64,000 nt of DNA from Rebecca billardiae RCC1528 (GCA_965240325.2 OZ251223.1:62001-126000), one strand, 5' to 3'; numbered from the stretch's first letter, positions 11,552 through 22,942 are shown. Notes: generated by a model not told the origin, from the sequence alone. Numbers and translations: made by a program.

Positions 11552-13267
11552 ATGTCGCTCGACCTGCAGATGACGATGCGGCGCAACGCGGAGGAGATGC
11601 AGCAGTTTTTCACCGGGCTGAACGACTGGGAGGCCGAGATCGAGCGGAAGGACCGCCAGCTGCGCGGCATCGACGACGCGGCGGCGGCGGGCGCGGGTGC
11701 GGCCGGCGCGGCCGACGAGAGCGAGGACGAGGACGAGGCGGCGGCGTTCGCCGAGGCGGCGGCGAACCGCGCGGCGGCGGCTGCGGGCGCGCCCGCCTCC
11801 GACGCGGGGCCCTCCGCGCCCCGCGCGCCCATCAACCACGACCGTTACGCTGTGTGGGACAGCTATGACGCGGAGCGCGAGGCGGCGGCGCTCGACGCGC
11901 AGTCGGCGCAGGAGCTGAAGCGCGAGGCGCGGCGGCGCAAGCGCGAGGCGGCGGAGTCGGCGCGCGCGCGCGCGCTCGCCGAGTCGCGCGCGGCCGAGCT
12001 CCGCGCCGAGGGCAACGCCGCGTTCAACGGCTGCTCGTACGAGGCGGCCGTTCTGCTGTACACTGAGGCGCTGGTGCTCCACCCGAGGGGCGTCGCGGCG
12101 TACGCCAACCGCGCGCTGGCGCTGCTCAAGCTGGGCAAGTGGGAGGAGGCGGAGGAGGACTGCTCCGCCGCGCTGCTCCTCGACGCGCGCCACGCCAAGG
12201 CGCTCCTCCGCCGCGCCGAGGCGCGCGGCGCGCTGCGCGATTACGACGGCGCGGCCGCAGACCTGCGGGCCGTGCTTGAGGTCGAGCCACAGAACGGGGC
12301 GGCGCGGCGCGCGCTGGACGGCGTGCTCAAGGAGGCGGCGGAGGCGCGCGTGCGCGCGGCGAGCAGCGCCGCCGACGCGCGGCGCACGCGCGTGCCCGTC
12401 GCCATCGTGCAGCACGACGCTCGCAACGACGGCGACGCCTTCCTTCGAGCGCTCGAGGCGGCGGGCGCGCTCGGCGGCGGCGGCGGCGCAGTGGCGGCGG
12501 CCGAGGGCTCGGCGAAGCCCTCGGCGAAGGGCGGCGGGGCGGGGGGCGGGCACGACGGCGCGGCGCGGCCGACGGCCGAGCCGAGCGCGGCCGGCTCGCC
12601 CACCCGCCGCGAGCCCGCCGCCGCCGCCGCCGCCGCCGCCGCAGCGGGCGCGCGCGCGGCCGCGGCCTCGCAGCTGCCGCCTCCGCCGAGCAGCCTGGCC
12701 ACTTTTGAGCGCGACTTTGGCAAGCTGCTGGCGCGCAGGCCGGCGGAGCGCATCGCGTACCTGCAGGTGTGTGCGCGCCCGCGTCGGCGTGCGCCGGCTG
12801 AGCGGCGCGTGGCGCCGTGCGCGCGCGGCCCCGCTGCACCGCCCGCCCCGGCTGAGCGCGCGCCCGCGCGCGCTCCCTTCCGTGTGCCCCTCGCCGCTGG
12901 CTCCGCCGCGCCGCGCGCCGCCCCGCCGCAGCGCATCCCCCACGCCGAGCTCGAGGCGCTGCTCTCGCGCGGCTCGCTCTCGCCGGACGTGTGCGGCGTG
13001 CTCGCCGACGTGCTCGGCGCGCTCTGCGAGCACGGCCGCGCGCAGATGGGCGCGGGCGCGCAGGCAACCGTCGCCTCGGCTGCGCGCGGGCTGGCGCGCA
13101 TGCCTCGGCGCGGCCTCGCCATTGCGTTCCTCGAGCCGCCGCAGCGGCGCGCGCTGCACGCGGCCGCCGAGCTCGCGCTGCAGCTCGCGGCCGAGGGCGG
13201 CGCCGACGCAGAGTCGGGCGTGATGCGCGGCCTCGCGACGCTGCGCGAGGAGGTGGCGGCCGTCTAG
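11552..13267 (+). CDS. RPAP3: RPAP3-like TPR co-chaperone (R2TP complex); probable in-frame intron 12767-12931
   Basis: N-terminus LQMTMRRNAEEMQQFFTGLNDWEAEIERKD resembles the RPAP3 N-terminus. Three TPRs (AELRAEGNAAF...YANRALALLKL...KALLRRA). RPAP3_C-like segment PPSSLATFERDF...YLQ|RIP...LARMPR. Confidence 0.8.
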   Translation: MSLDLQMTMRRNAEEMQQFFTGLNDWEAEIERKDRQLRGIDDAAAAGAGAAGAADESEDEDEAAAFAEAAANRAAAAAGAPASDAGPSAPRAPINHDRYAVWDSYDAEREAAALDAQSAQELKREARRRKREAAESARARALAESRAAELRAEGNAAFNGCSYEAAVLLYTEALVLHPRGVAAYANRALALLKLGKWEEAEEDCSAALLLDARHAKALLRRAEARGALRDYDGAAADLRAVLEVEPQNGAARRALDGVLKEAAEARVRAASSAADARRTRVPVAIVQHDARNDGDAFLRALEAAGALGGGGGAVAAAEGSAKPSAKGGGAGGGHDGAARPTAEPSAAGSPTRREPAAAAAAAAAAGARAAAASQLPPPPSSLATFERDFGKLLARRPAERIAYLQVCARPRRRAPAERRVAPCARGPAAPPAPAERAPARAPFRVPLAAGSAAPRAAPPQRIPHAELEALLSRGSLSPDVCGVLADVLGALCEHGRAQMGAGAQATVASAARGLARMPRRGLAIAFLEPPQRRALHAAAELALQLAAEGGADAESGVMRGLATLREEVAAV

Positions 13268-13838
13268 CCCCCGCCTGCATGCTGACTGATGGCACTGATG
13301 TCAGTGACGATCGTCACCATTCGTCGATTCGACCCATTCCCGATGTGCGCGTGGCGGCGCACGCGCCCGCGCGCCGCCGCCGAGGCTGCGCAGGCAGCGC
13401 CGCAGCGACAGCGCGTATCACGACGCGCGCGCCCGACTCCGCGGCGGCGCCGCCCTCGGCGCGGCGGCACTGTACCGGCGCGGACCGTCACCGTGCGCGC
13501 CGGGCGGTCGTTGACGTTGTTAATTGTATTATATATATATATATAATATATTAATAGTACGTTATTAGCTAGATGCTGATGAATTATAATATATATATAT
13601 ATATTATGACTAGCATCATATATATATATGTATATATAGTTATAATGATGTTGATGACGCGGCATCAGCAGTAGCAGCGCAGCATACCGCGGCGGGGCGG
13701 GCGGCGGCCCGTTGCCACTGTTGCCAGCGCGCGGCCGCGGGCCTCCGCATCACGGTTGCCCCGCCCCCTGCCCCTGGCCCTGTGCTGCGCGCATGTGCGC
13801 GGGCCACCAGACCCCGCTGCCGCCCCGCGGCCGGCCAG

Positions 13839-14726
13839 TCACGCCGCGCGCACAAACGCAAAGGTGCCCATCGTCGTCCCCGGGCTGTCTTGGGCCGCTT
13901 CCACCGACGGGGCCCCGCCCGCGCCGGGCGGCGCGCTCGGCGGCGGCGGAGGCGGCGCGGCCTGAGCCAGCAGCAGCTCCCCGTCGCAGAAGAGCGTCCG
14001 CAGCACGGACTCTGACTCGCCCAGCAGCGCGCCGGACGGGAAGGCGACGGTGTCGATCAGCTCGAAGAGCGGCCCGCCGAGCAGCACCTCCCCCGTCTGC
14101 CCGCCGCGCGAGAGGTCGGGCAGCACCGCCCGCAGCGACGAGCCGAGAACCTTTGTGGAAGACACGCGCACGCTGAACTGGGCGGCTGCGGCCGCGCCTG
14201 CCTGCGCGCTCGGCGCGGTGGGCGCGATGGCGGGCTCGAGGCTCGCCTCGGTGCGCACGGTGCCGCGGAGCTCGGCGGGCAGGCCGGGCAGCAGCCCGAC
14301 CACCAGCTCCACCTCCGAGCGCAGCGAGCCCTCGCCCACCGTCCAGCGCGTGCGCCCGATCTCACCGACGCGCGTCGCAAGCCGGTGCGCCAGCAGGTTC
14401 CGATCGGCGGCGCCGGGGCGGAAGCCGTCGAGGGCGGCGCCGAGCGCCATGAAGAAGGGGCTCGCGCGGAAGGGGGGCACGTCTGAGAATACCAGCTCCC
14501 ACTCGCCCAGCGCGCGCTCGCGCAGCGTCGCGGCGTCCACGGCCTCGGCCGCGCTCCCGAGCTGCGCAAACGCAGAGCGAGCGCTCGCGAGCTCGGCCGC
14601 CGTCGCGGCCTGGCCGCGGTTCGTCAGCGCGCCGAGGCGCGTGAGCACGCGCTTCGACTCGGACACCGAGCCGATGCTACTCGCGCGCACGACATAGGCG
14701 CACGCGACGAGCACGCGTAGGCGCAT
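13839..14726 (-). CDS. Plastid lipid-associated PAP/fibrillin-like protein
   Basis: Signal-like N-terminus MRLRVLVACAYVVRA, followed by LTNRG..AT, LGEWELVFS, LRTLFCDGELL and terminal FAFVR, all typical of PAP_fibrillin. Confidence 0.65.
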   Translation of the reverse strand: MRLRVLVACAYVVRASSIGSVSESKRVLTRLGALTNRGQAATAAELASARSAFAQLGSAAEAVDAATLRERALGEWELVFSDVPPFRASPFFMALGAALDGFRPGAADRNLLAHRLATRVGEIGRTRWTVGEGSLRSEVELVVGLLPGLPAELRGTVRTEASLEPAIAPTAPSAQAGAAAAAQFSVRVSSTKVLGSSLRAVLPDLSRGGQTGEVLLGGPLFELIDTVAFPSGALLGESESVLRTLFCDGELLLAQAAPPPPPPSAPPGAGGAPSVEAAQDSPGTTMGTFAFVRAA

Positions 14727-14964
14727 GATGCGAAGATTCCTCGTCGGCGCAACGATGCACGACGCCATCGCGTTCGTCTTGGACGTGGGGTCAAGTGGGG
14801 CCACCCGTCCCAGAAAGCCCGTGAGCCCGTCTTCGGCTCAGCGGGCTCATGGGGCCGCCAGACGTCACGGGGGGCCGGGCGGCGAGACAGCGCCCGCCCC
14901 CACGCGGACGCTGACTCAAGCCGCACCCTGCCCCGGCGCGGCGATCCAACGCCGAGGGAGGGCG

Positions 14965-15402
14965 GGCGGGAGGCGGAGGAGCGCAGCTGGTTGTCCGTGC
15001 GGCTGCTCGGCGCCAAGCGTGGCCCGTCGGCTGGGTTTGGTAGTCGGGCGGCGGTCCGGTCGGCGGTCGGGCAGGGCGAGGTGCGCCGTGCGGTCGGGCG
15101 GGAAAGCGGACGGCTGCTGGGCGAAACTCGCTCCTGTTCGCCAAAGCCGGTCACTGCCCGTCAACTCCCGGCGCGCGCTCACTTTTCTGCGGTCCGCGCC
15201 AAAAGCGAGCTGCCACACGCTCGGAACGCTGTCCGGGGGCGCGCTGCGAGCTCCGAGCTCCGAGCCCGTCCGGGCGGGGGTGCGGTCGGAGGGGCGCTGG
15301 AGGAGGGTATCGGGCGGCGGCGAAGCGGCGCCGGCAGTCATAACGCGATAACCGCCGCAGACTGCCAAACCCGCCACTCCAGTCGCGTCGGCCATCGCCC
15401 CA
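14965..15402. repeat. Split direct repeat A2
   Basis: Matches 18884-19321. I noticed one substitution (GCTCCTGTTC vs GCTGCTGTTC). Confidence 0.95.
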
Positions 15403-15639
15403 TAACCGCGCGCGTCGCGCTCCGCCTTATGGCGGTCCGGTGTTTACGTTGGGCGGCTGCCTAGCTTGCCTGGGGCCGCCAGACGTCACGGGGGGCCGGG
15501 CGGCGAGACAGCGCCCGCCCACAGGGGCGCAGCGCCAGGCGCCACGCCGGCATGGGCGGCGTCGGCCGGCGCGGTCGAGGCCAGGCCCGGCCCCGACCCC
15601 CAGAGACGCTGCGCCCGGCCACGCCCCGACGCACGCCGT

Positions 15640-16100
15640 CAGCGCCAAGCGCGTGCCGTCGGGCGGGGCAGCTCCCGGGAAGTACGTGCGGGGCGCAGGC
15701 CCCGCCCACCGCCCCGCAGCGGTGATCTCGGCCGCGGGAAGCCCCAGGAACGGCCAGCGTCGCCACGGCCGAGCGTCGAACCGAGTTGGCGCCAACACAC
15801 GTTGTGGGAGCCCCAGCGCCCGACACTCATCGTGCAGCCACGCCAGATACGCCGCGCGAAAGCCTCGCACGCGCGCCAACCCGCCCGGTGTCGGCCGTCG
15901 ACGGCGGGCAGCACCCCGAGCTCCGCGAAGCGACGTCCAGCCAGCGTGCGTAGCCCTGAATCGCCATGCGCCCCTTGGACCTTGGACGCGAAGGGCGAAG
16001 CGCCGAAGCCCGCTGTCCGGCTGTGGCAAACCGCCGGGCCGCCTGCGCTGTGGGAGCGATGGCGGCCGGTGGAAGCGGCGGGGAGTAGGCGACGCACGCC
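15640..16100 (-). pseudogene. Frameshifted C-terminal tyrosine recombinase remnant
   Basis: Successive frames give FASKVQGAHG (Lys-beta-like), GANSVRRSAVATLA (HxxR box-like) and LGLPAAEITAAGRWAGPAPRTY (GRW...Y catalytic Tyr box of DIRS-group YRs). Confidence 0.65.
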
Positions 16101-16152
16101 GCGCGAACGAGGACGGTCGCGCGGCACGCGAGCGACGGCGGACGCGCCGCGG

Positions 16153-16930
16153 ATGATCGGCGCGCACGCATGACGATCGGCGCATGATGATCGGCGCGCG
16201 CGCATGATCGGCGCATGATGATCGGCGCGCGCGCATGATGATCGGCGCGCGCGCATGATGATCGGCGCGCGCGCATGATGATCGGCGCATGATGATCGGC
16301 GCGGGCGCATGATCGGCGCATGATCGGCGCATGATGATCGGCGCGCGCGCGTGATCGGCGCATGATGATCGGCGCGGGCGCATGATCGGCGCATGATCGG
16401 CGCGTGATGATCGGCGCGCGCGCATGATCGGCGCATGATCGGCGCATGATGATCGGCGCGGGCGCATGATCGGCGCATGATCGGCGCATGATCGGCGCAT
16501 GATCGGCGCATGATCGGCGCATGATGATCGGCGCGCGCGCATGATCGGCGCATGATGATCGGCGCGGGCGCATGATCGGCGCATGATCGGCGCATGATCG
16601 GCGCATGATGATCGGCGCGCGCGCATGATCGGCGCATGATGATCGGCGCGGGCGCATGATCGGCGCATGATCGGCGCATGATCGGCGCATGATCGGCGCA
16701 TGATCGGCGCATGATGATCGGCGCGCGCGCATGATCGGCGCATGATGATCGGCGCGCGCGCATGATGATCGGCGCATGACGATCGGCGCGCGCGCATGAT
16801 CGGCGCAAGATGACCGGCGCGCGCGCATGATGATCGGCGCGCGCGCATGATGATCGGCGTGCGCGCGTGATGATCGGCGCGCGCGCATGATGCTCGGCGC
16901 ATGTTGACCGGCGCGCGCGCATGATGAGCG
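16153..16930. repeat. Modular minisatellite built from (ATG)1-2 ATC GGCGC (GCGCGC/GGGCGC)0-1
   Basis: Read directly; the centre is homogeneous and both edges are degenerate. Confidence 0.95.
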
Positions 16931-17029
16931 GCGCGGACGGTGGCGCGCGGCGCCGCCACCCGCCGCCGCGGCGTCGAAGGCAGCAGCAGCGAACGCCGAT
17001 GGTTCTGCGCAGACGGTTGGCCGCCGGCC

Positions 17030-18875
17030 GACCGGTACGCGGCGAACAGCGGGCACGCCGCCGCGGAGCAGTCGCCGAATAGCTGGTGCCGTAGGCAGCC
17101 GTGCGCGCGGAAGACGCGGTGGTTGGCCTCCGAGAGCAGGGGCCGCCCGCTCGCGTCGCACACACCCCCGTACCGCGCCAGCTCGCGCGCCAGCGTCAGC
17201 GGCGGCACGCCCCCCGCAGAGGCGGCGCCCGGGAACGGTTGCGGCAGCGTCCGCGGCGGCCCGCCTGGCGGCGGGGGCGGCGGGCCGGGAGGCGGCGCCT
17301 GCGGCCCCGGCGGGTACGGCGCCGGTGTGTACGGCGCCGGCCCGGGCGCCCAGGCCGAACCCGCCGGCGGCACGTACGTGAGCGCGAGCGGCGCGGGCCC
17401 GGGCTGCGCCCCCTTACCGGCGGCGCCGGCGGGGCCGGCGCTGCCGCCTGCAGCCCCTGCGGGTACGGCGCCGGCGGGCACAGCGCCGGGCGGGGCGCCC
17501 AGGACGATCCTGCCGAGGGTGCGCACGTGAACGAGAGCGGCACGGGCCCGTGCGGCGCCACCTGCATCGGCGCCGACCACGACCAGCAGCCCCACTCCGC
17601 TGCGCCGGGCGCCGCCCCGCCAAAGCCGGGCGACAGGTCCTGCACCATCAGCGACGGCGGCGGCGGCGGAATCGGCATGCTCCCACCGTAGACGCGCATC
17701 AGCGGGCGCATGGCAAACTTGTCATGGAAGGGGTTGTCGTTCTTGTAGCAGGCGAAGAACGGCTCCCGCCCGCCACCGATGCTCGCCACCAGCGCCGCCA
17801 CGCCCGAGCGCGCGTCGAGCACCCGCCCGAGGCTCTCCGAGAATTCAGAGTGGAACTGTGCCGCCGCCCGCCAGTCGCGCGCCTCAGCGAGCTGCATCAC
17901 GAAGCCCCTGTACTCGCGCAGCACCTCGGCGTCACCCGCGCGCGTGCAGAAGCCCTCGGCCTGCTCGACGAGCAGTATGAAGTGGAGCTGGCTGAGGAGC
18001 TGGTAGGCCTCGCGCAGCTCGCCCTTCGTGTTGAAGTAGACGCTTCGATCGACCTGCGCGTGCGGCACCTCAGCCATGTTGAAGGACTCCCAGACGACCG
18101 AACCCGCCGCGTTCGCCGGCACGCCCAAGCCGCGCCGCATGGACGAAAACGCCCCGCGAGCCGGGAAGCTCGGCCTCCCCCCCCCGGTCCCACGGAGTTG
18201 GCCGCCCGCGCCGCCCGCGAGCGCGCAAGCGTTCGCGAACTCGTGCGCGGCCCCCGCAAGGAAGCCAGCCCCACCGAAGGGGACGGGATGCGGCACGAGC
18301 GAGCTGGGCGGGGCGAGGGGCGCCGCCGCGTCCGGCGCCGGCCGGACGCCCCAGGGCGGCGGCCGCGGCGGCGGGACAGAGGTGGGCCCCGTCGGTGCGC
18401 CGTCGGCGGGCGGCGCGCCCGAGTGGCCACCGACCGCCCCATCACCCGCACCGTTGCCGTGGACGCCGCGAAGGAAGTCAGTGAGGCTGTTCGCGAGGTC
18501 GGGTGGTAGGCCAGTCGGAATGCCCGGCTGGCCAGCGGGCGCGGCCGGGGGGGCGGGTGCCTGCGGCTGCGCAGCAGCCGCCGTCGACGCGGCGCCGGCC
18601 GCTCGCCCGGGCGCGGGCGCGGGAGCAGCCCCCGCCGTCGTCCTGGCACCGGCCGCCGGCGCGGTCGCGGGCGGCGGCTGGACCGGCAGCGGGCCGAGCT
18701 GCTGCACCGGCGCGGCAGGCGGCAGGGTACTTGCTTGGCGGCCACCCGCGCGCCCACCCCGGCCCCGACCGCGGCCCCCGCCGCCGCGCCCACGAGCGCC
18801 GAGGACCTGCTGGTTGACGACGGCCGCTGCCGCCGCGCGGCGCCGCGACACGCGTTGGACTGCAGGCACCGCCAT
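17030..18875 (-). pseudogene. gag-like ORF1 of the YR retroelement, probably frameshifted near 17.5 kb, with a C-terminal Cys-rich finger-like remnant
   Basis: ATG at 18875 lies just after A1. Pro/Ala-rich arms flank a helical core (LREYRGFVMQLAEARDWRAAAQFHSEF). A second frame continues to CLRHQLFGDCSAAACP. Confidence 0.6.
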
Positions 18876-18883
18876 GTCGGGAC

Positions 18884-19321
18884 GGCGGGAGGCGGAGGAG
18901 CGCAGCTGGTTGTCCGTGCGGCTGCTCGGCGCCAAGCGTGGCCCGTCGGCTGGGTTTGGTAGTCGGGCGGCGGTCCGGTCGGCGGTCGGGCAGGGCGAGG
19001 TGCGCCGTGCGGTCGGGCGGGAAAGCGGACGGCTGCTGGGCGAAACTCGCTGCTGTTCGCCAAAGCCGGTCACTGCCCGTCAACTCCCGGCGCGCGCTCA
19101 CTTTTCTGCGGTCCGCGCCAAAAGCGAGCTGCCACACGCTCGGAACGCTGTCCGGGGGCGCGCTGCGAGCTCCGAGCTCCGAGCCCGTCCGGGCGGGGGT
19201 GCGGTCGGAGGGGCGCTGGAGGAGGGTATCGGGCGGCGGCGAAGCGGCGCCGGCAGTCATAACGCGATAACCGCCGCAGACTGCCAAACCCGCCACTCCA
19301 GTCGCGTCGGCCATCGCCCCA
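18884..19321. repeat. Split direct repeat A1
   Basis: Matches 14965-15402 and ends 8 bp upstream of the gag-like ATG. Confidence 0.95.
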
Positions 19322-20994
19322 AAACATTCCGCCATGGCTCACACTCGATGATCTCGAATTGCAAGGCAGTGCACTGCCACTGGTACCTGGGACCACCCTG
19401 GCACAGTGTTGGGCTTGTATGCTGTTGGCAATGGCATACCCCCGCCCCCTCTGGAGGCGGGCTGTCCACAGTGGAGTGGTGTCAAGGCACTTGGTGTCTC
19501 GGTCAGTGGTTTGAGGTTGGGTGAGGGTGGTGCTGGTTGGTTGGGGGCTGGCCAGGGTAGGGCTGGAGGCTTCGGCCGCCAGTCCAGTGATGACTGATCT
19601 GTGATCACCCGTCGGAGCCCGTTATAAAGCAGTCAGTAGGGGAATTTTGGAATGATGTTTTGAGCTCAGTGATTACGCAATGGGCTGGTAACGAATAGCT
19701 GCGCGGGTATTTTCAAATACCAGGGAGCCTTGACGGGTAGGGGGCTGTGTGCGAAGCAAGCCTCGACGGGCGTCGGCCAACCCGTCGGCCACAGGATGCC
19801 CACTTTTGCCCGTTCATCGGCCAGTGGCCGACTACGACGAATAAATGCATAAATGAATATATATATATATATATATTCATTCATCCCTTTTTCTTTTTCG
19901 GCAAAAGATTATTCACCACTCGGGCAGAACGTGTGGTACCCCAACGAGGTCGGCTTGACTCTGTCTGGGCATGATCTCGTCGCAGAAGCTGCTTGCAGCC
20001 GACTACTGTGCTGCGGCAGCCACCGCTCGTCCGCTCGCCGCGAGGCTGCCGCAGTCGCCGCGTCGGCAGACGTGGTCTGCGTGAGACGATGCCGCAGCGC
20101 TGCTGGCAGTGCAAGCGCGAGCCGTGGCAGAAGTAGGGGTCGTGGGCGCGGGCGTGGGCGCGGTCGCGGGCGCGGGTGCGGCCGCTGACTCGCCCTCGGA
20201 GTCTCGCCGGGCTCGCCGCCTGCTGCACCTCGCGTCCTTCACTCGCCGGGCCGGCGCGCAGAATCGGCAAATACATCGCAATAGACATAGTGGCCTGTAA
20301 CTGATATAGTATATCAGATTAACACACACAGGCACACACACACACCTGCCAAGCTCGGTCGAGACCGCCACTGGGGCTCAACAAGTCCACCAGTTGGGTC
20401 GGCCGAGCCCCGGGGCCGCCCTCTCGAACTACGACCGTGCAGAGTCGGACAGTGCTGCAGCCCGCGCGGCGTGCTCACGCGGCCATCACGCGCCAGCGCC
20501 GTGGCCGTGCCGTCCGGCGCGGCCTACGAGTACGGCGGTCCGGCCGCCGGACGGCCATCGGCCAATACCCATCGGCCAGAGATGGATGGTCGACCGCTAA
20601 CCATCGGCCATGGCCGCCTAGCGGCCAATATCATCGGTCATGGCCGGCCATATAGGCCTTGATTCGCACATAGGTAGGGGGCCGCCAGACGGGTGGATGG
20701 TAGCAGCCGCGGGCGGGACTGCCGCGATTCAAAGCCATCGATCAGTCAAACGGTCGTCCGGTCAGGCGGTCAAGCCTCAAGGGAGTCAGTCCGGACTCCG
20801 GTCATAACGGGCCCGCGCCTGATAATATATGATTTGGGCATGTGGAGCCTAGTATATTAGTCACCTGACTGATCACGCCCAGGCGAGCCAGCCAGCCAGG
20901 GCACAACTTCTAGAGCGGCTCAGGGGGCGGCGGAGTGGCAGCGCGCGCCGCTCCACCGACTACTTCCAGCCGCCAGCGCGCATGAGCCCGGCCC

Positions 20995-22942
20995 TCAGAA
21001 GCGCCAGCCCGCGCTCGCAGCGAGCCGGCGCACGGCCGACTCGACGCTGTAGACGCTGTGCGCCGCGGAGGAGGCGGTGGAGCGCGCAGACGCTGAGGGC
21101 GCGTCCGACGCGCCGCCGTCCGAGCCCGCCTCGGAGCCCGCGGCCGAGTGCTCGCCCTCGGCACCGCCCACGGCGTCAGGCCAGGGCACCCGCCCCCAGG
21201 CGCCTTCACGCGACGCCTGGTCCGACGCGGCGGCGCCCGAGGCGGCGGCGGAGGCGCCCAATGACAAGGGCGCAGCCGTCCCCCTCTCCCTCTGAGCCTG
21301 AGCTGCACGGCCGTGCCCACCGCCGCCGCCCCGGCCGTGCCTGCCGGCCCGTGCAGACGACCCGTCGCCCACCGAGCCGTCGGGTTTACCCACCTCCGCC
21401 TCCGCCTCCCCCGCGCCGTCGTGCGCGCGCTCGCCGAAGCCGAACGCCTCGTCGTGCCGCCGTTGCCGCGCCGCGTCCGCCCCCGGCTCTGCGGCCAGGC
21501 GCGCGTCGCGGCCGCGGCCGCGCTCGGCGCGCAGGCCGCGCGGCGCGCCCGCTCCGGCGCCGGGCGAGGCTTCAATGCGCTGCAGCAGCTGCTCGACCGC
21601 GCCGTTGTACACGCGCCGCTCGGCCGCGCGCGCCGACGCCTCCTCCGCCGCCGCGGCGCGTGCCACGCGCAGCTGCGACACCAGCTCCGCCACCACCGCC
21701 TCTGTGGGCGCGGCGCGCAGCGTGGCGCCGCCGCCCGCGGAAGCCACCAGGGCGGCGATGGTTGGGGGCTGTGCGCGCGCGCCCGCGTGCGCGCCGGGTG
21801 CGCGCGACGCGGCGGCGCGCGGCGCGCCGGCCCGAGCGGGGGCGGCTGCGCGCGCGCGCGAGCTGCCGCCGCTCGACGCGCTGCCCGCGCTCCCCTCGCT
21901 CGGTGGCTCATGGCTGCCCCGCGCCCGTGGCAGCTGACCAGCCTGACCACTGCCGCCGCCGCCGCCGCCGCCAGGGCCGGGCGCGCGGCGGCCTGCGCCG
22001 GCGCGCGCGCTGCCGTCTGGCTCGGGCTGCGGCGCGGCTTCTCGCAGCTGCGAGCGCAGCGCCGCGGCCTCGGCCTCGGCGGCGCCACACCTGGCCCGAG
22101 GGGCAGGGACGGGGCGAGGGCACACACACGCGCCTCAGCACGCGCCCGCACGGCGCACAGTCGAAGCACACGGGCGCGCGGCGCGCGCGCGCACACCGCT
22201 CGCGCCACTTGCGCACGCCGGCTCGCGCGTCGGAGAGCGCCTGGTGCTGCGCCGCGAGCTGCGCGCGCGCGTGCACGCGCTCGTCCGCAGCCACCGCCTC
22301 GAGCGTGCGCACGGCGCGCACGAGCGCCGCGCAGCACCCGACCAGTCGTCCCGCCTCGCGCGCGCACGCCGCGCCGTCTCGGCGCGCGTGCTCGGCCGCG
22401 GCCGCCTCGGCGTCGAGGGCGGCTGCGAGGTGCTCGCGCGCGTCGGCGGCGCGGGCGACGAGCGTCGGCGCGCGCATCAGCTGCGCGCGCGCCGCCTCGA
22501 GCTCGGCGCCGAGCGCCGCCGCCTCGTGCCGCGCCTCGTCTCGGCTGAGCTCGGCCGCGGCCGCGTGCTCGCGCCAACGATCCGCCTCGGCGCGCGCGCT
22601 CGCGATGGAGGCGCGCGCGCGCTCGACGGCCTGCTGCGCGAAGGCGCGGCACACGCCCCACATGTCGTTCATGTCCTCCGCGAGCTCGCGCCGCGCGGTG
22701 ATGTGCGCGTCGCGCAGCCGGCGCGCGCCGGCTGCGCGCTCGGCGGCCGCATCGGTCACGGCCACGTCTGCGAGCGCGCGGCACGCGTCCCACAGCGCGT
22801 CGGCGTCCGCGGCGAGCTCGGCGCGCGAGAGCGCGCCCTCATCGGCGCCGAGCCGCGCCAGCAGCGTCGCGTGCCGCGCGTGCGCATGCGCGAGCTGCGC
22901 GTGCACGAGCTCGTCTGTGGGCGCGCGCTCCGCCGCCGCCAT
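20995..22942 (-). CDS. Hypothetical coiled-coil protein, two exons (intron 22091-22196)
   Basis: A GTGTGC...CCAG intron joins the 21908-22954 and 20995-22125 frames (KWRER|CGAAEAEAAALRSQL). Ala/Glu/Arg heptad-like composition. Confidence 0.65.

Larger units (their letters stand above)
14850..19321 (-). mobile_element. Non-autonomous tyrosine-recombinase retrotransposon (Ngaro/PAT-type DIRS group) with split direct repeats A1-ORFs-B1-A2-B2
   Basis: A repeats at 18884-19321 and 14965-15402 (about 438 bp, near identical). B repeats at 15471-15520 and 14850-14899 (50 bp). A gag-like ORF and a YR C-terminal remnant lie between A1 and B1. Confidence 0.8.

Noticed and set aside
16153-16930. CRISPR-like array, or a repeat protein (CADHAPIMRRS)n
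   Set aside because: There are no unique spacers and no cas genes. Unit lengths are mostly not multiples of 3, so it is a satellite and not a coding repeat.
14965-19321. Conventional LTR retrotransposon
   Set aside because: No TG...CA ends, PBS/PPT, TSD or integrase. The extra B repeats and the YR motif fit the Ngaro/PAT type.
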